A stretch of DNA of 64,000 bases from Eledone cirrhosa (taxonomy: Eukaryota). Under the pieces are notes generated by a model that was given only the letters and a program-made list of their open reading frames with translations, ran no database searches and was not told the DNA's origin. Positions 26,828 to 37,139 of this stretch are shown one piece after another (within the stretch, counting starts at the first letter, position 1; each line of letters starts with the position of its first letter). The DNA is taken from the NCBI GenBank assembly GCA_964016885.1, contig OZ024740.1, positions 308,698,001-308,762,000 of the forward strand. The letters are read 5' to 3'. The position numbers were made by a program, and so were the translations under genes.

Positions 26828-28130
26828 TTGCACTTCGGAGCTAGGGTGTCCCACTGGTACAATGGGGTTAGGGTGGCACACTATGTAATTGGGGAGCTTC
26901 AGTGATACAGTATGGAAATGTGGAGCTAGGGTAACCTCCTATAGCAATGGGGAGATAATGTGAAAAATATGGCACTTTGAAGCTAGGGTGTCACAGTATG
27001 GCATTGCCGGGCTAGGGTGGCACACTATGGAACTGGGTAGCCAGAGTGATACAATATGAAAATATTGAATTAGGATTTCGCAGTATTGCGATGGGGAGAT
27101 AGGCTGGAAAAATATGGCACTTCCAAGCTAGGGTGCCACACTATGGCACAGCAAAGCTAAGGTGGCACACTATGGAATTGGGGAGCTTCAGTGACACAGT
27201 AAGGAAATATGGAGCTAGGGTGACCCCCTATGGCAATAGGGAGATAGTGTGGAAAAATATGGCACTTTAAAGTTAGGGTGCCGCCGTATGACACAGCGGA
27301 GCTTGAGTGACACAATATGGAAATACGATGTCGCAGTATGACAATGGGGAGATAGGGTGGAAAAATATGGCACTTTGAAGTTATGGTGCCGCCGTATGGC
27401 ACAGCGGAGCTAGGATGGCACACTATGGAACTGGGTAGCTAGGGTGATATGTATGAAAATATGGTACTAAGATGTCACAGTATTGAAATGTGAGATCGTG
27501 TGGAAAAATACAGCATTTTGAAGCTAGGGTGCCGCACTATGGCACAGCGGAGCTAGGTAGCACACTATGGAATTGGGGAGATTGAGTGACGCAGTATGGG
27601 GCAATATGGAGCTAGGATGGTAAAGTATGGCAATGGAGAGATAGGGTAGAAGATATGGCACTTTGAAGTTAGGGTGCGACACTATGGCACAGCGGGGCTA
27701 GGGTTACACACTTTGGAACTGGGTAGCCAGAGTGATACAGTATGAAAATATGGAACTAGGATGCTGCAGTATTGCGATGGGGAGATAGGGTAGGAAAATA
27801 CGGCACTTCGGAGCTAGGGTGCCGCACTATGGCACAGCGGAGCTAGCGTAGAACATTATGGAATTGGGGAGCTTCAGTGACACAGTATGAAAATATGGAG
27901 CTAGGGTGACCCCTTATTGCAATGGGGAGATAGCGTGGGAAAATATGGCACTTTGAAGCTAGGGTGGGGCAGTATGGCACTGTAGTGCTAGAGTGGAACA
28001 ATATGGCACTGGGAAGCTTGAGTGACACAGTATGGAACTAGGATGTCGCAGTATGGAAATTGGGAGATAGGGTGGAAAAATACGGCACTTCGGAGCTAGT
28101 ATGCCATACTATGGCACAGCAGAACTAGTA
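26828..28130. repeat. ~145-bp satellite with internal subrepeats and A/B dimer higher-order structure
   Basis: ggcactt-type anchors at about 26830, 26971, 27116, 27261, 27369, 27513, 27657, 27802, 27947 and 28084. Confidence 0.9.
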
Positions 28131-28256
28131 TGATCAATAAAATAAGAAGCAGTCATATATTTTTGTTGAAAATAGGAAGTTTTGTGTAGATGTAAGGAAA
28201 TATTATTTTAATCTTTAGCAAATTGGTTGTCTACTTATCATTATCTTGCATTTCAG

Positions 28257-28304
28257 GAAAGCAAAGACCCTGTGAAATTGAATCTGCTTACCTGCCAAGT
28301 GAAA
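28257..28304 (+). CDS. ASAP: ASAP exon, PH (ESKDPVKLNLLTCQVK)
   Basis: tttcag|GAA...AAA|gtaagt; phase 0 to 0. Confidence 0.95.
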
Positions 28305-28383
28305 GTAAGTATTATTTCCTTTGTATGTATATCTATCTATCTCTATCTCTCTCAACAATGACAACAACAAAATATGTGCCTCC

Positions 28384-28386
<3 letters not shown>

Positions 28387-28469
<83 letters not shown>

Positions 28470-28494
28470 TTATATATATATATATTTATATATA

Positions 28495-28559
<65 letters not shown>

Positions 28560-28676
28560 ATACTTTGGGAGGGTCATGTTGCCAATAATTGGCAACATGA
28601 CCCTCCCAAAGTATAACAATATCGGTTTCAACACACGATTTCAGATAAAGAATCTTGCTAAACAAATTCAGAAACG

Positions 28677-28735
<59 letters not shown>
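28387..28735. repeat. (TA)n microsatellite interrupted by a palindromic insert
   Basis: About 165 bp (TA)n, insert 28552-28680, then about 55 bp (TA)n. Confidence 0.95.
28552..28680 (+). mobile_element. Penelope-like terminal fragment with perfect 35-bp inverted duplication
   Basis: 28552-28586 is the exact reverse complement of 28588-28622; 31/35 identical to 40747-40781, which adjoins a hammerhead-like motif. Confidence 0.6.
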
Positions 28736-28738
<3 letters not shown>

Positions 28739-29010
28739 AGGCACATGGCTTAGTGGTTAGAGCATTGGGCTTGCAATCGAAAGGTTGTGAGTTCAATTCT
28801 CAGACCGGGTGATGTGTTGTTTCCTTGAGCAAGACACTTTATTTCACATTGCTCCAGGTGCCACGGCAAAAAAGCACCCAGCACTCACTGTAAATGAGGT
28901 TGGTGTTAGGGAGGGCATCCAGCTGTAGAAATCAAGCCAGAATCAGTTCCCGTCCCACCCTTGCAAGCAGGGAAAAAGCGGACGTAAAATGAAATGAAAT
29001 GAAAATGATA
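28735..29010 (+). mobile_element. SINE family B with internal deletion
   Basis: Same head and tail as 10439; ctccag joined directly to gtgccacgg. Confidence 0.88.
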
Positions 29011-29011
29011 T

Positions 29012-29695
29012 CATCATCATCATTTAACATCCATTTTCCACACTAGCATGGGTTAGACAGGCTGTCCCGTTTGAGACAAGTTGGGTCAGGTGACTGTATC
29101 TTACTCATACAGAACTGTTTCTGGCTTGGTTTCTACAGCTGGATGCCCTTCCTAACACCAACCCCATTTACACTGTGGGCTGGGTGCTTTTTGTTGTGAC
29201 TCCTACACAAACACTGTACAGTGTGGACTGGATGTGTTTTGTTCTGATATCAACACAACAACTTTACAGTGTAAGGGTGGTGTGAATAGAAGTGTTAGGG
29301 CATGGGAGCTGTATGGAAGGGTTGTAGCGGTTAGGAGGCGCCCCCTAGATGTATGTTTCAGTCCGTGTTCATGGGAAGGCGGGTCTTCTGTATTATTGCA
29401 TAACACCAAACATCTCGATCCTGTGTAATTGTCTTTGAGAGGTGTAATTGCACAAAATCAGCTTTTATTACCTCATCCCAGGCCTTCCTGGGATGAGGTG
29501 ATAAAAGCTGATTCATAGCTTCTGTCAACTTTGATCGCCCTGCACCTTTTTATGCAGCTGTCATCCTCCATACGCATCACATGACCCTACCAATGCAATC
29601 TCTTCTCTAGCATACTGCATCTGATTTATTTTATGCCCAGTTTCTCTCTCAGTTCATTTACACTTTGCCTTTCGTGTATTATACATCCATCGGAT
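29012..29695 (-). mobile_element. RTE-like LINE 3' end
   Basis: Reverse complement of the 32050-32690 type tail (gctggatgcccttcctaacaccaacc; catacgcatcacatg). Confidence 0.75.
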
Positions 29696-30362
29696 ATTTA
29701 TGTATAAGTAATAATAAATACAAAGACCAAAATCCAAAGAGAACTCAATAAGGGTTGTATATATAAGTATATTTAAAGCAATAGAGCAAATATTTATTAT
29801 TGGTGCAGATTAAGAGTTTAAGCAAACAATTTCTGCTTACTCGTGAAGCAGGAAAATATGAAACTGAGAAATATCAATCTGTAGATGCATAAGTAAATAT
29901 TTAAAAAATATTAAGACAAAATATTGCCTTTAGAAAGTAGAAAGACATAACAGTAGTGTGTGAGGATGTTTTCTTGAGATGAGCAAAATATATGCAAGGA
30001 GAATTACGTCATTATGTGAAGTAGGAAGAACAAATTCTCCCTATGAAAAAATCAGGAAACTTTTCTTTGTAGAATAGCCAAATAATTTCCAGCTACCATA
30101 TATAGAAAATGATATTAATAATAGTAATATATTTAAACATATAGATACTAAAGGTATTAATAATAATAAAAATATTAATAGTAATGGTTTCAGGTTTAGG
30201 CTCATACAAAAGTATGTGTTGACTGGTGTGGATGCATGGATTAATGAAAATATAGTGTATGAAAATGATATGCACACATATATATATATGCACATGTGTG
30301 TACATACCCACATATACTTACATATACACACACGCATACATATACATATATATTCATATATA

Positions 30363-30392
<30 letters not shown>

Positions 30393-30393
<1 letters not shown>

Positions 30394-30740
30394 CATCATC
30401 ATCATCATCATCTCATTTTACGTCCACTTTTCCCTGCTTGCAAGGGTGGGACGGGAACTGATTCTGGCTTGATTTCTACAGCTGGATGCCCTTCCTAACA
30501 CCAACCTCATTTACAGTGAGTGCTGGGTGCTTTTTTGCCGTGGCACCTCCACGACCACTTTGCAGTGGAATGATAGGGACCCCAGTCCCTATCATCTCAT
30601 TTCTACAGCTGAGTAAACTGGAGCAATGTGAAATAAAGTGCCTTGCTCAAGGAAACAACACATCACCCGGTCTGAGAATTGAACTCACAACCTTTTGATT
30701 GCAAGGCCAATGCTCTAACCACTAAGCCATGTGCCTCCAT
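30393..30740 (-). mobile_element. SINE family B, full length, inverted
   Basis: Reverse complement of 10439-10785; an extra tail fragment follows at 30741-30777. Confidence 0.9.
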
Positions 30741-31381
30741 CATCATTTTACGTCCGCTCTTCCCTGCTTGCAAGGGTACATACATGTGTGTGTGTGTAAA
30801 GATATATATCTAAACTATAATAAAGCAAGGGCTGCGTACGGTTTATTTCTTTTAATCCAGTTAGTAAAATAAGTTGGATTACTTTGAATAAATAATGAAT
30901 GAATATTACATAACTTATGTGCTAAATTTCGTAAACAAATAATTTCGTAAAAATAAATAATCTAAAATTGACTTCTTTTCAAAGTTGCACTTCCGGTATA
31001 TCGTCGCCACCACCACCACTTCAACTACCATATATATAGAAAAAGAGAGTATGTGTGTGTGAGTGTGATGAGAGAGATAGAGAGATTATGATTTTCTACA
31101 CCCTGACGCGTATGAGTGTGCACATACATGCATCTATATGTATGAGTATATAACTATTATGAGTATATAACTATAATGGCGCAAACACAAACTTATAAAA
31201 ATACACACTCATGGACATAATTCACACAAATACACATACATTCACACATACTTTTACACAAACACACATGATAGCGTTCGGTTTAATTGGAAATGGGAGG
31301 GTAAAACAAGTATAACGTTTTATTTATTTATTAACTCTTTATTTATTTATGAACTCTTTTTTTAAAACTCATTTAATAAAA

Positions 31382-33071
31382 CTAGCAGAAAAACCGTCCT
31401 TTGGGTGGTTTTCTGCTAGCATGTGTAGTGTGTATATTGATATTATACACAAATGGTAGAACTAGAGAAGAAATTCCAAACTTAGAAGCAGGGACTAGAA
31501 AGAAAGGGTCTCAAAGTCAACATGACAAAGACTAAGGTTCTTGTAAGTAGACGAGAAAACAGAACCCAGATCTCCTCAGGAAAATGGCCTTGCTCAGTAT
31601 GTAGGAAAGGTGTAGGTAGGAACTCCAATCTCTGCCCCAAATGCAAACAATGGGTACACAAGAGATGTAGCGGGATCTCAGGAAGCTTAATTAAGAATGT
31701 AGGCTTCACATGCAGCAGCTGTGCTGGGACAGCAAGCAGCAAACAGCCACAGGAAACAAGTACCACCAATCTCTGGGAGGGCTCTGTAGAAACAGTAGAC
31801 AGCTGCTGCTACCTAGGTGACCGAATTAGCAGCGGAGGTGGGTGTTCAGAAAGTACAATAACTAGGGTAAGAACGGGATGGAAGAAGTTCAGGGAACTAC
31901 TGCCACTGCTAGCTGCAAAAGGCTTCTCCCTCAAAATGAAAGGCAGACTGTATGATGCGTGTATCCAAACAGCAATGGTACATGGTAGTGAGACCTGGGC
32001 GCTGAAGGTGGAAGACTTACGTAGATTAGAAAGAAACGAAGCCTGCATGCTCCGATGGATGTGTAATAGTAATATATGCGAATGACAAAGCATAAATGAA
32101 TTGAGAGAGAGACTGAGCATAAGAGGAATCAAATGTTGTGTGCAGGAGAGGTGGTTGTGTTGGTATGGACATGTGATGCGTATGAAGGATGACAGCTACA
32201 TAAAAAGGTGCAGAGCACTAGAAGTCAATGGAAACCGCGGAGTGGGGAGACCCAAGAAGACCTGGGATGAGGTGATAAAAGCCGACTTTACCCAATTACA
32301 CCTCTCAAAGGCGATGACACACGACCGTGACCTCTGGCGTCACGCAGTAATACAGAGTACCCGTAAGCCCATGGGTACAAGCTGAAGCATATAGACAATA
32401 TGCCCCCACATCCTCCCACTGCAAGGTGGTCGTGGAGGTGCCACAGCAAAAAAGCACCCAGTCCACACTGTAAAGTGGATGTGTAGGCGCCACGGAAAAA
32501 GCACCCAACACTCACTGTAAATGAGGTTGGTGTTAGGAAGGGCATCCAGCTGTAGAAATCAAGCCAAAATCAGTTCCTGTGTGAGCAAGGCATGGTCAGC
32601 CGACCAGAGACTGCCCACAACAGGACAAGCCGTCTAACCCATGCTAGCATGGAAGAACGGACGTAAAACGGTGATGATGATGATGATGATATGATACATC
32701 AAATAAAATCATAATTGACAATATATAATACATGGAAATTGAATGAAGACTGTGTTACACTGTCTTATTTAATCAGTAACGTAATCCATGATACATTAAA
32801 AAAGACGATATTATATATAAACTGCATTAGGAGAAAATTAGTATGTTTATTTAAGCGATCGCCACCGGAAGTGTTGACATTTCAGAAATTTTAAAGAAGT
32901 GAATCGTTAAATAAGCAAAATATAATTAATGAACAGCCACGAAATTTAGTAGATAAATTATTTAATATTCATTCATTATTTATTCAAAGTAATCCAACTT
33001 ATTTTACAAACGGGATAAAAAAAAAATAAACCGTTCGCAATCCCGCAGACCTTCCTTTATTATAGTTTAGA
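31382..33071 (-). mobile_element. non-autonomous Helitron H2 (inverted), interrupted by RTE LINE
   Basis: 5' TCTAAACTATAATAAA at 33071 (minus), homologous to 30809-30935; 3' hairpin and CTAG|T at 31382-31420. Confidence 0.8.
31455..32690 (+). mobile_element. 5'-truncated RTE-like LINE (RT C-terminus with Cys-rich insert, 3' UTR, (TGA)n)
   Basis: GLKVNMTKTKVL, WPCSVCRKGVG..CPKCKQWVHKRCSG, CYLGD, GWKKFREL, GSETW, WYGHVMRM, GRPKKTW; one stop near 32083. Confidence 0.9.
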
Positions 33072-34220
33072 CTAGCAGAAAAACCACCTTTCGGGTGGTT
33101 TTCTGCTAGCATGTGTAGTGTGTATATTGATATTATATGCAAGTATATATACATGTAGATATGATACATCAAATAAAACCGTAATTGACAATATACACAG
33201 AAATTGAACGAAGTCTGTGTTACACTGTCTTATGTAATCAGTAACGTAATCCATGATATATCGTAATTTATGAAATGCCATACATCTAATGGACACAAAC
33301 ACACACAAATATATCTATTCATACATAGACATATATATAGGTGAGTCTAGTCCGAAGTTCGCATGCGCGAAGTCTGATCCAAAGTGCGCAAAGTCTGGTC
33401 GGAAGTGCACATGCATGAAGGCTGGTGCGAAGTGCGCATGCGCGAAGGCTGGTCCGAAGTGCGCATGCGCGAAGTCTGGTCGAAAGTGCGCATGCGCGAA
33501 GTCTGGTCTGAAGTGCACATGTGCAAAGTCTGGTCCATACTGCGCATGTGCGAAGGCTGGTCCGTACTGGGCATGCGCGAAGTCTGGTCCGAAGTGCGCA
33601 TGCGTGAAGTCTGGTCTGTACTGCGCATACGCGGTGGCTGGTCTGTACTGTGCATGCGCAGTGGCTGGTCCGTACTGCGCAGAGTATGATCTGAAGTGCG
33701 CATACGCGAAGGCTGGTCTGGACTGTAGTGTGCAGGAGCGAAATCTGGTCCGAAGTGCGCATGTGTGAAGTCTGGCCCGAAGTGTGCATGCATGATGACT
33801 GGTCCGAAGTGAGCATGTGCGATGGCTGGTCTGAATGCGCATGTGCGAAGGCTGGTCCGAATGTGCATGGGCCAAGGCTGGTCCATACTCAGCATGCACA
33901 AAGTCTGGTCCAAAGTGCGCATGCGTGAAGGATGGTCCGAAGTGCACATATGCAAATTCTGGTCCGAAGTGCGCATGCGCGAAGTCTGGTCTGAAGTGTG
34001 CATGAGCGAAGGCTGGTCCGTACTGTGCATGCGCGAAGGCTGGTCAGTACTACACATGCGTGAATATATATATATATAGACACACATACATACCGCACAC
34101 AAATCGTCTTCCGAGGTTAGTCAAGCTATTATTAATCTTCCCCGGATGAAGTAACTTGCAAATTCTCCGTAATTCTTGAAATGTAATTATACATCTCACA
34201 GACACACTCTCTAGAATAGA
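33072..34220 (-). mobile_element. Helitron H3 (3' end clear, 5' boundary tentative), apparently carrying the 27-bp array
   Basis: 33072-33260 duplicates the H2 3' end and is the reverse complement of 36290-36465; possible A|TCTATTCTAG 5' end at 34220. Confidence 0.55.
33344..34063. repeat. 27-bp GC-rich minisatellite (aagtctggtccgaagtgcgcatgcgcg), about 26 units
   Basis: Visible periodicity; intact TGCGCATGCGC at 33433, 33460, 33487 and 33970; many variants are CpG to TpG/CpA. Confidence 0.95.
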
Positions 34221-35036
34221 TATATTTGTGTGTGTGTGAGAGAGAGAGGTAGATAGACAGGTAGGTTGGCAGGTAGATAGATAGGTCGATAGATCGATAC
34301 GTAGATATATAGGTAGGTAGATAGAAAGATAGACGATAGTGTGGTTATCTGTATATGTGGCTGTGTGTATGTATGTGAAGATGTGGAAATAAGGAAAGGA
34401 TAATTTACTACAGCACCAATGATTCAATCCACAGGTGTATATTCTTTTTACCATTGCATAAGTACATAGACTCACTCACACACGTACATATATGTATATG
34501 TATGTGGTGTGTTTATGTGTGTGCATAAATGTTTGTGTATATATATGTATATGTGTGTGTGTATCTGTTTTCTTATGTGTGTGCATTTATGTCCGTGTGT
34601 GTGTCTCGTGATTGTAATGTTGAGAGTTTGAATCCCATCAGTGCATTGTGTTCTTGAGCAAGACACTTTATTTCGCCTTTCTTCTCTCCACTGAAGTAAA
34701 AAAAAAATGTACTCTGCCAGTAAGTCAAAGAACCAATGTAGTCCCTCCCCAAAACCCTCTGTTATACGTGTCTATGGAATGCTCAGACACTCTCACCTTA
34801 ATTTCGGGCAGTTCCGTTTGAGAAACCTAGCTGAAAGAATCCTCGTCGCAAGCGATAGGGTACCATCATACATATGAACACATAGACACACACACACACG
34901 TTTCAAAGAGAATAGAAGAGATCAATAAAATAAGTACTAGATTTTAAAATATATGTACTGGAATTGAGGTCAAGGATATCCTTTAATCGTGGTACCCCAG
35001 CATGGGCACAGTCTAACGTCTGAAACAAGTGCAGGC

Positions 35037-36011
35037 CAGAGATTTATTCTTCCTCTTGCAAACTATGCTTCCCCCCGCTTCTACAGTGAGTGCTTTCAGA
35101 CGTCGATGACTGTGGTTCGACACATAGGAAAGCCATCTTATTTCATTACGGTAACAACTAACCCTAACTGGGATGAAATAAAAAATAGTTTGCACCCTGA
35201 AGAACCTAGAGACCGTCCTGATATTTGTGCAAGAGTCTTCAATATCAAGTATGACAGCCTCATGGATGACATACTGAAAAAAAATGTCCTAGGAAAAGTT
35301 GTAGCTCATTCTGCTACAATAGAGTGGCAGAAAACGAGGCCTCACTCATGCTCATATTCTGCTGATAATGGCTGAAGATAGCAAGCCCAAAACTGCTGAT
35401 GCCATTGATCAGGCAGTGTACTGTGAGATTCCTGATAAAGAGACCAATCCAATTCTACATAAGATCATCACATCCTGCAACATTCGTGGCCCATGTGGAC
35501 AAGCTAATATGATGTGCTCATAGATAATGAACTGCAATATCCAATTAAGTTCATCAACAAACTTACCCCATCAGGCTTCCCAACACACATACTTAAACTG
35601 AAGAAAGGCAGTTGCATCATGCTTCTGAGAAATCTGGATCCTCTAAACGGGCATTGCAATGGTACATCATCATCGGTTAACATAATCATGTAATTGAAGC
35701 TGAAGTGCATTGGGTCCCAATGCTGGAACAAGGTTGCTAATCCCAAGGATACCACATGTATCTCAAGAGCTTGAGTTCCCTTTCACCTTTACTTGCAAGT
35801 AATTTCCTGTCAAACCAGCCTTTGCCCTTACATGCAACAAGGCACAAGGGCAAACATTTGAAAAGATAGGTGTATATCTACCTACACAATTCTTCTCACA
35901 TGGTCAGATGTATGTAGCATTATCACGAGTTACAAAAAAGAAAATATAAAAATATTAAATGAAAGGGGTCTGTTTGCTGACAACTGTGTCTACAAAGAAA
36001 TTCTACAGTGA
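35037..36011 (+). pseudogene. Helitron RepHel remnant: HUH Rep fused by deletion to PIF1-like helicase C-terminus
   Basis: GKPSYFITVTTNPNW, DRPDICARVF, IEWQK(frameshift)RGLTHAHILL, GPCG; then [66 protein letters not shown]. Confidence 0.92.
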
Positions 36012-36599
36012 TGTGAAACAGCTATCACTCTCTTTTAGTTGAAATGCATTTTAGTTACTTTTTAACTGCTAGAAAAGGGACACTACAAAACTTAAGAAGT
36101 CTATATGTGAATACAGTAAAACAACAATATAGCGAAGGTCAACTCTTCATATTGGTAAATGTAATTCATTCATTCATACCAGCAGCATCTATTTTCAAAT
36201 TCACTGCTTGAAGCTTCCCATCGACATTCTCATGAACATTTTCCGTCAACACTTTCATCGCTTTTCCATCTCCATTATCGCCTTTTTTTTTTAATGTATC
36301 ATGGATTACTTTACTAATTACAGAAGTAAGTGTAACACAGTCTTAGTTGAGTTTATGTGCATATTGTCAATTTACGTATTATATCTATGTGCATATATAT
36401 TTGCGTATACCAATATACACACAGAAGGTAGTGGAAAACCGCCCGAAGGGAGGTTCTTCTGCTAGTTGAGTATAAAGTTTGATTATTCTTAGATACCACA
36501 TCGTGACATAATATCATCTGTATAGTGCCTGCCCTATCCATTAGGATATAATGTTGGTCTGTAATATAAAAATACTTTATCCAGTTTGTTTACAAAGCG

Positions 36600-36815
36600 A
36601 AATTGCCTCAATTTTTTTTTGTTTAAAATACATTCGTTGGCATAAAGGACTTCAAAACATTTTAAAAAGGAATATGACTTCACTTTTGGCCTATATCTGG
36701 AGTTTAAAAGACAATAACATCCGATATAGGTTACACTGGGAGATCTTAGCTAAAGCTAGATCCTACAACAGGAATAAAAGACCTTGTACCTTTTGTGTTG
36801 CTGAACCCCTTTAGT
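36600..36815 (+). mobile_element. Penelope-like element GIY-YIG C-terminal fragment
   Basis: TSLLAYIWSLKDNNIRYRLHWEILAKARSYNRNKRPCTFCVAE resembles the PLE T.LS.YIW.LK...W.I...Y....C.LC..E motif. Confidence 0.75.
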
Positions 36816-36881
36816 ACACAACGAAAAAACATTTTTTCACATTAAAAAAAATAGTTTTTATACTTGACCGGCTTCCATCAC

Positions 36882-36941
36882 TAAGGGACATAACTCTAGT
36901 CTGACTAGCGATTAAAAATTAGACCAGAGTTACGTCCCTTA
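36882..36941. repeat. 60-bp hairpin / mini-MITE
   Basis: taagggacataactctagtctga / ttagaccagagttacgtccctta (20/23 paired), with TA at both ends. Confidence 0.7.
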
Positions 36942-37139
36942 TTAAGGCTTGTGTCTTCCTTGATTCAAGAGGCAAAGATACGACCAGTTGCGTCCCTTGT
37001 TTTAACAAAAACATAAGTGAAAATAACAGATATTTTAAAAATTAGACATGAAAAATACTTTTTTTTTTTTAAATCATTATTATTTTTCCTATATAACTCA
37101 ATTTGTATAGAAATCCTTAATCTTCCAACATTTTGATCT

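Larger units (their letters stand above)
30809..36465 (+). mobile_element. Helitron H1 (outer; internally deleted Rep/helicase; nested inserts)
   Basis: A|TCTAAACTATAATAAA 5' end at 30809; hairpin gaaaaccgcccgaagggaggtt then CTAG|T at 36462-36466; Rep and PIF1-like fragments inside. Confidence 0.75.

Noticed and set aside
33289-33768. Cys-rich ORF (CACAKSGPK)n resembling a metallothionein
   Set aside because: Long ORFs appear in several frames on both strands because the unit is 27 bp. Variation is largely CpG decay rather than codon-aware, and the array lies inside a Helitron.
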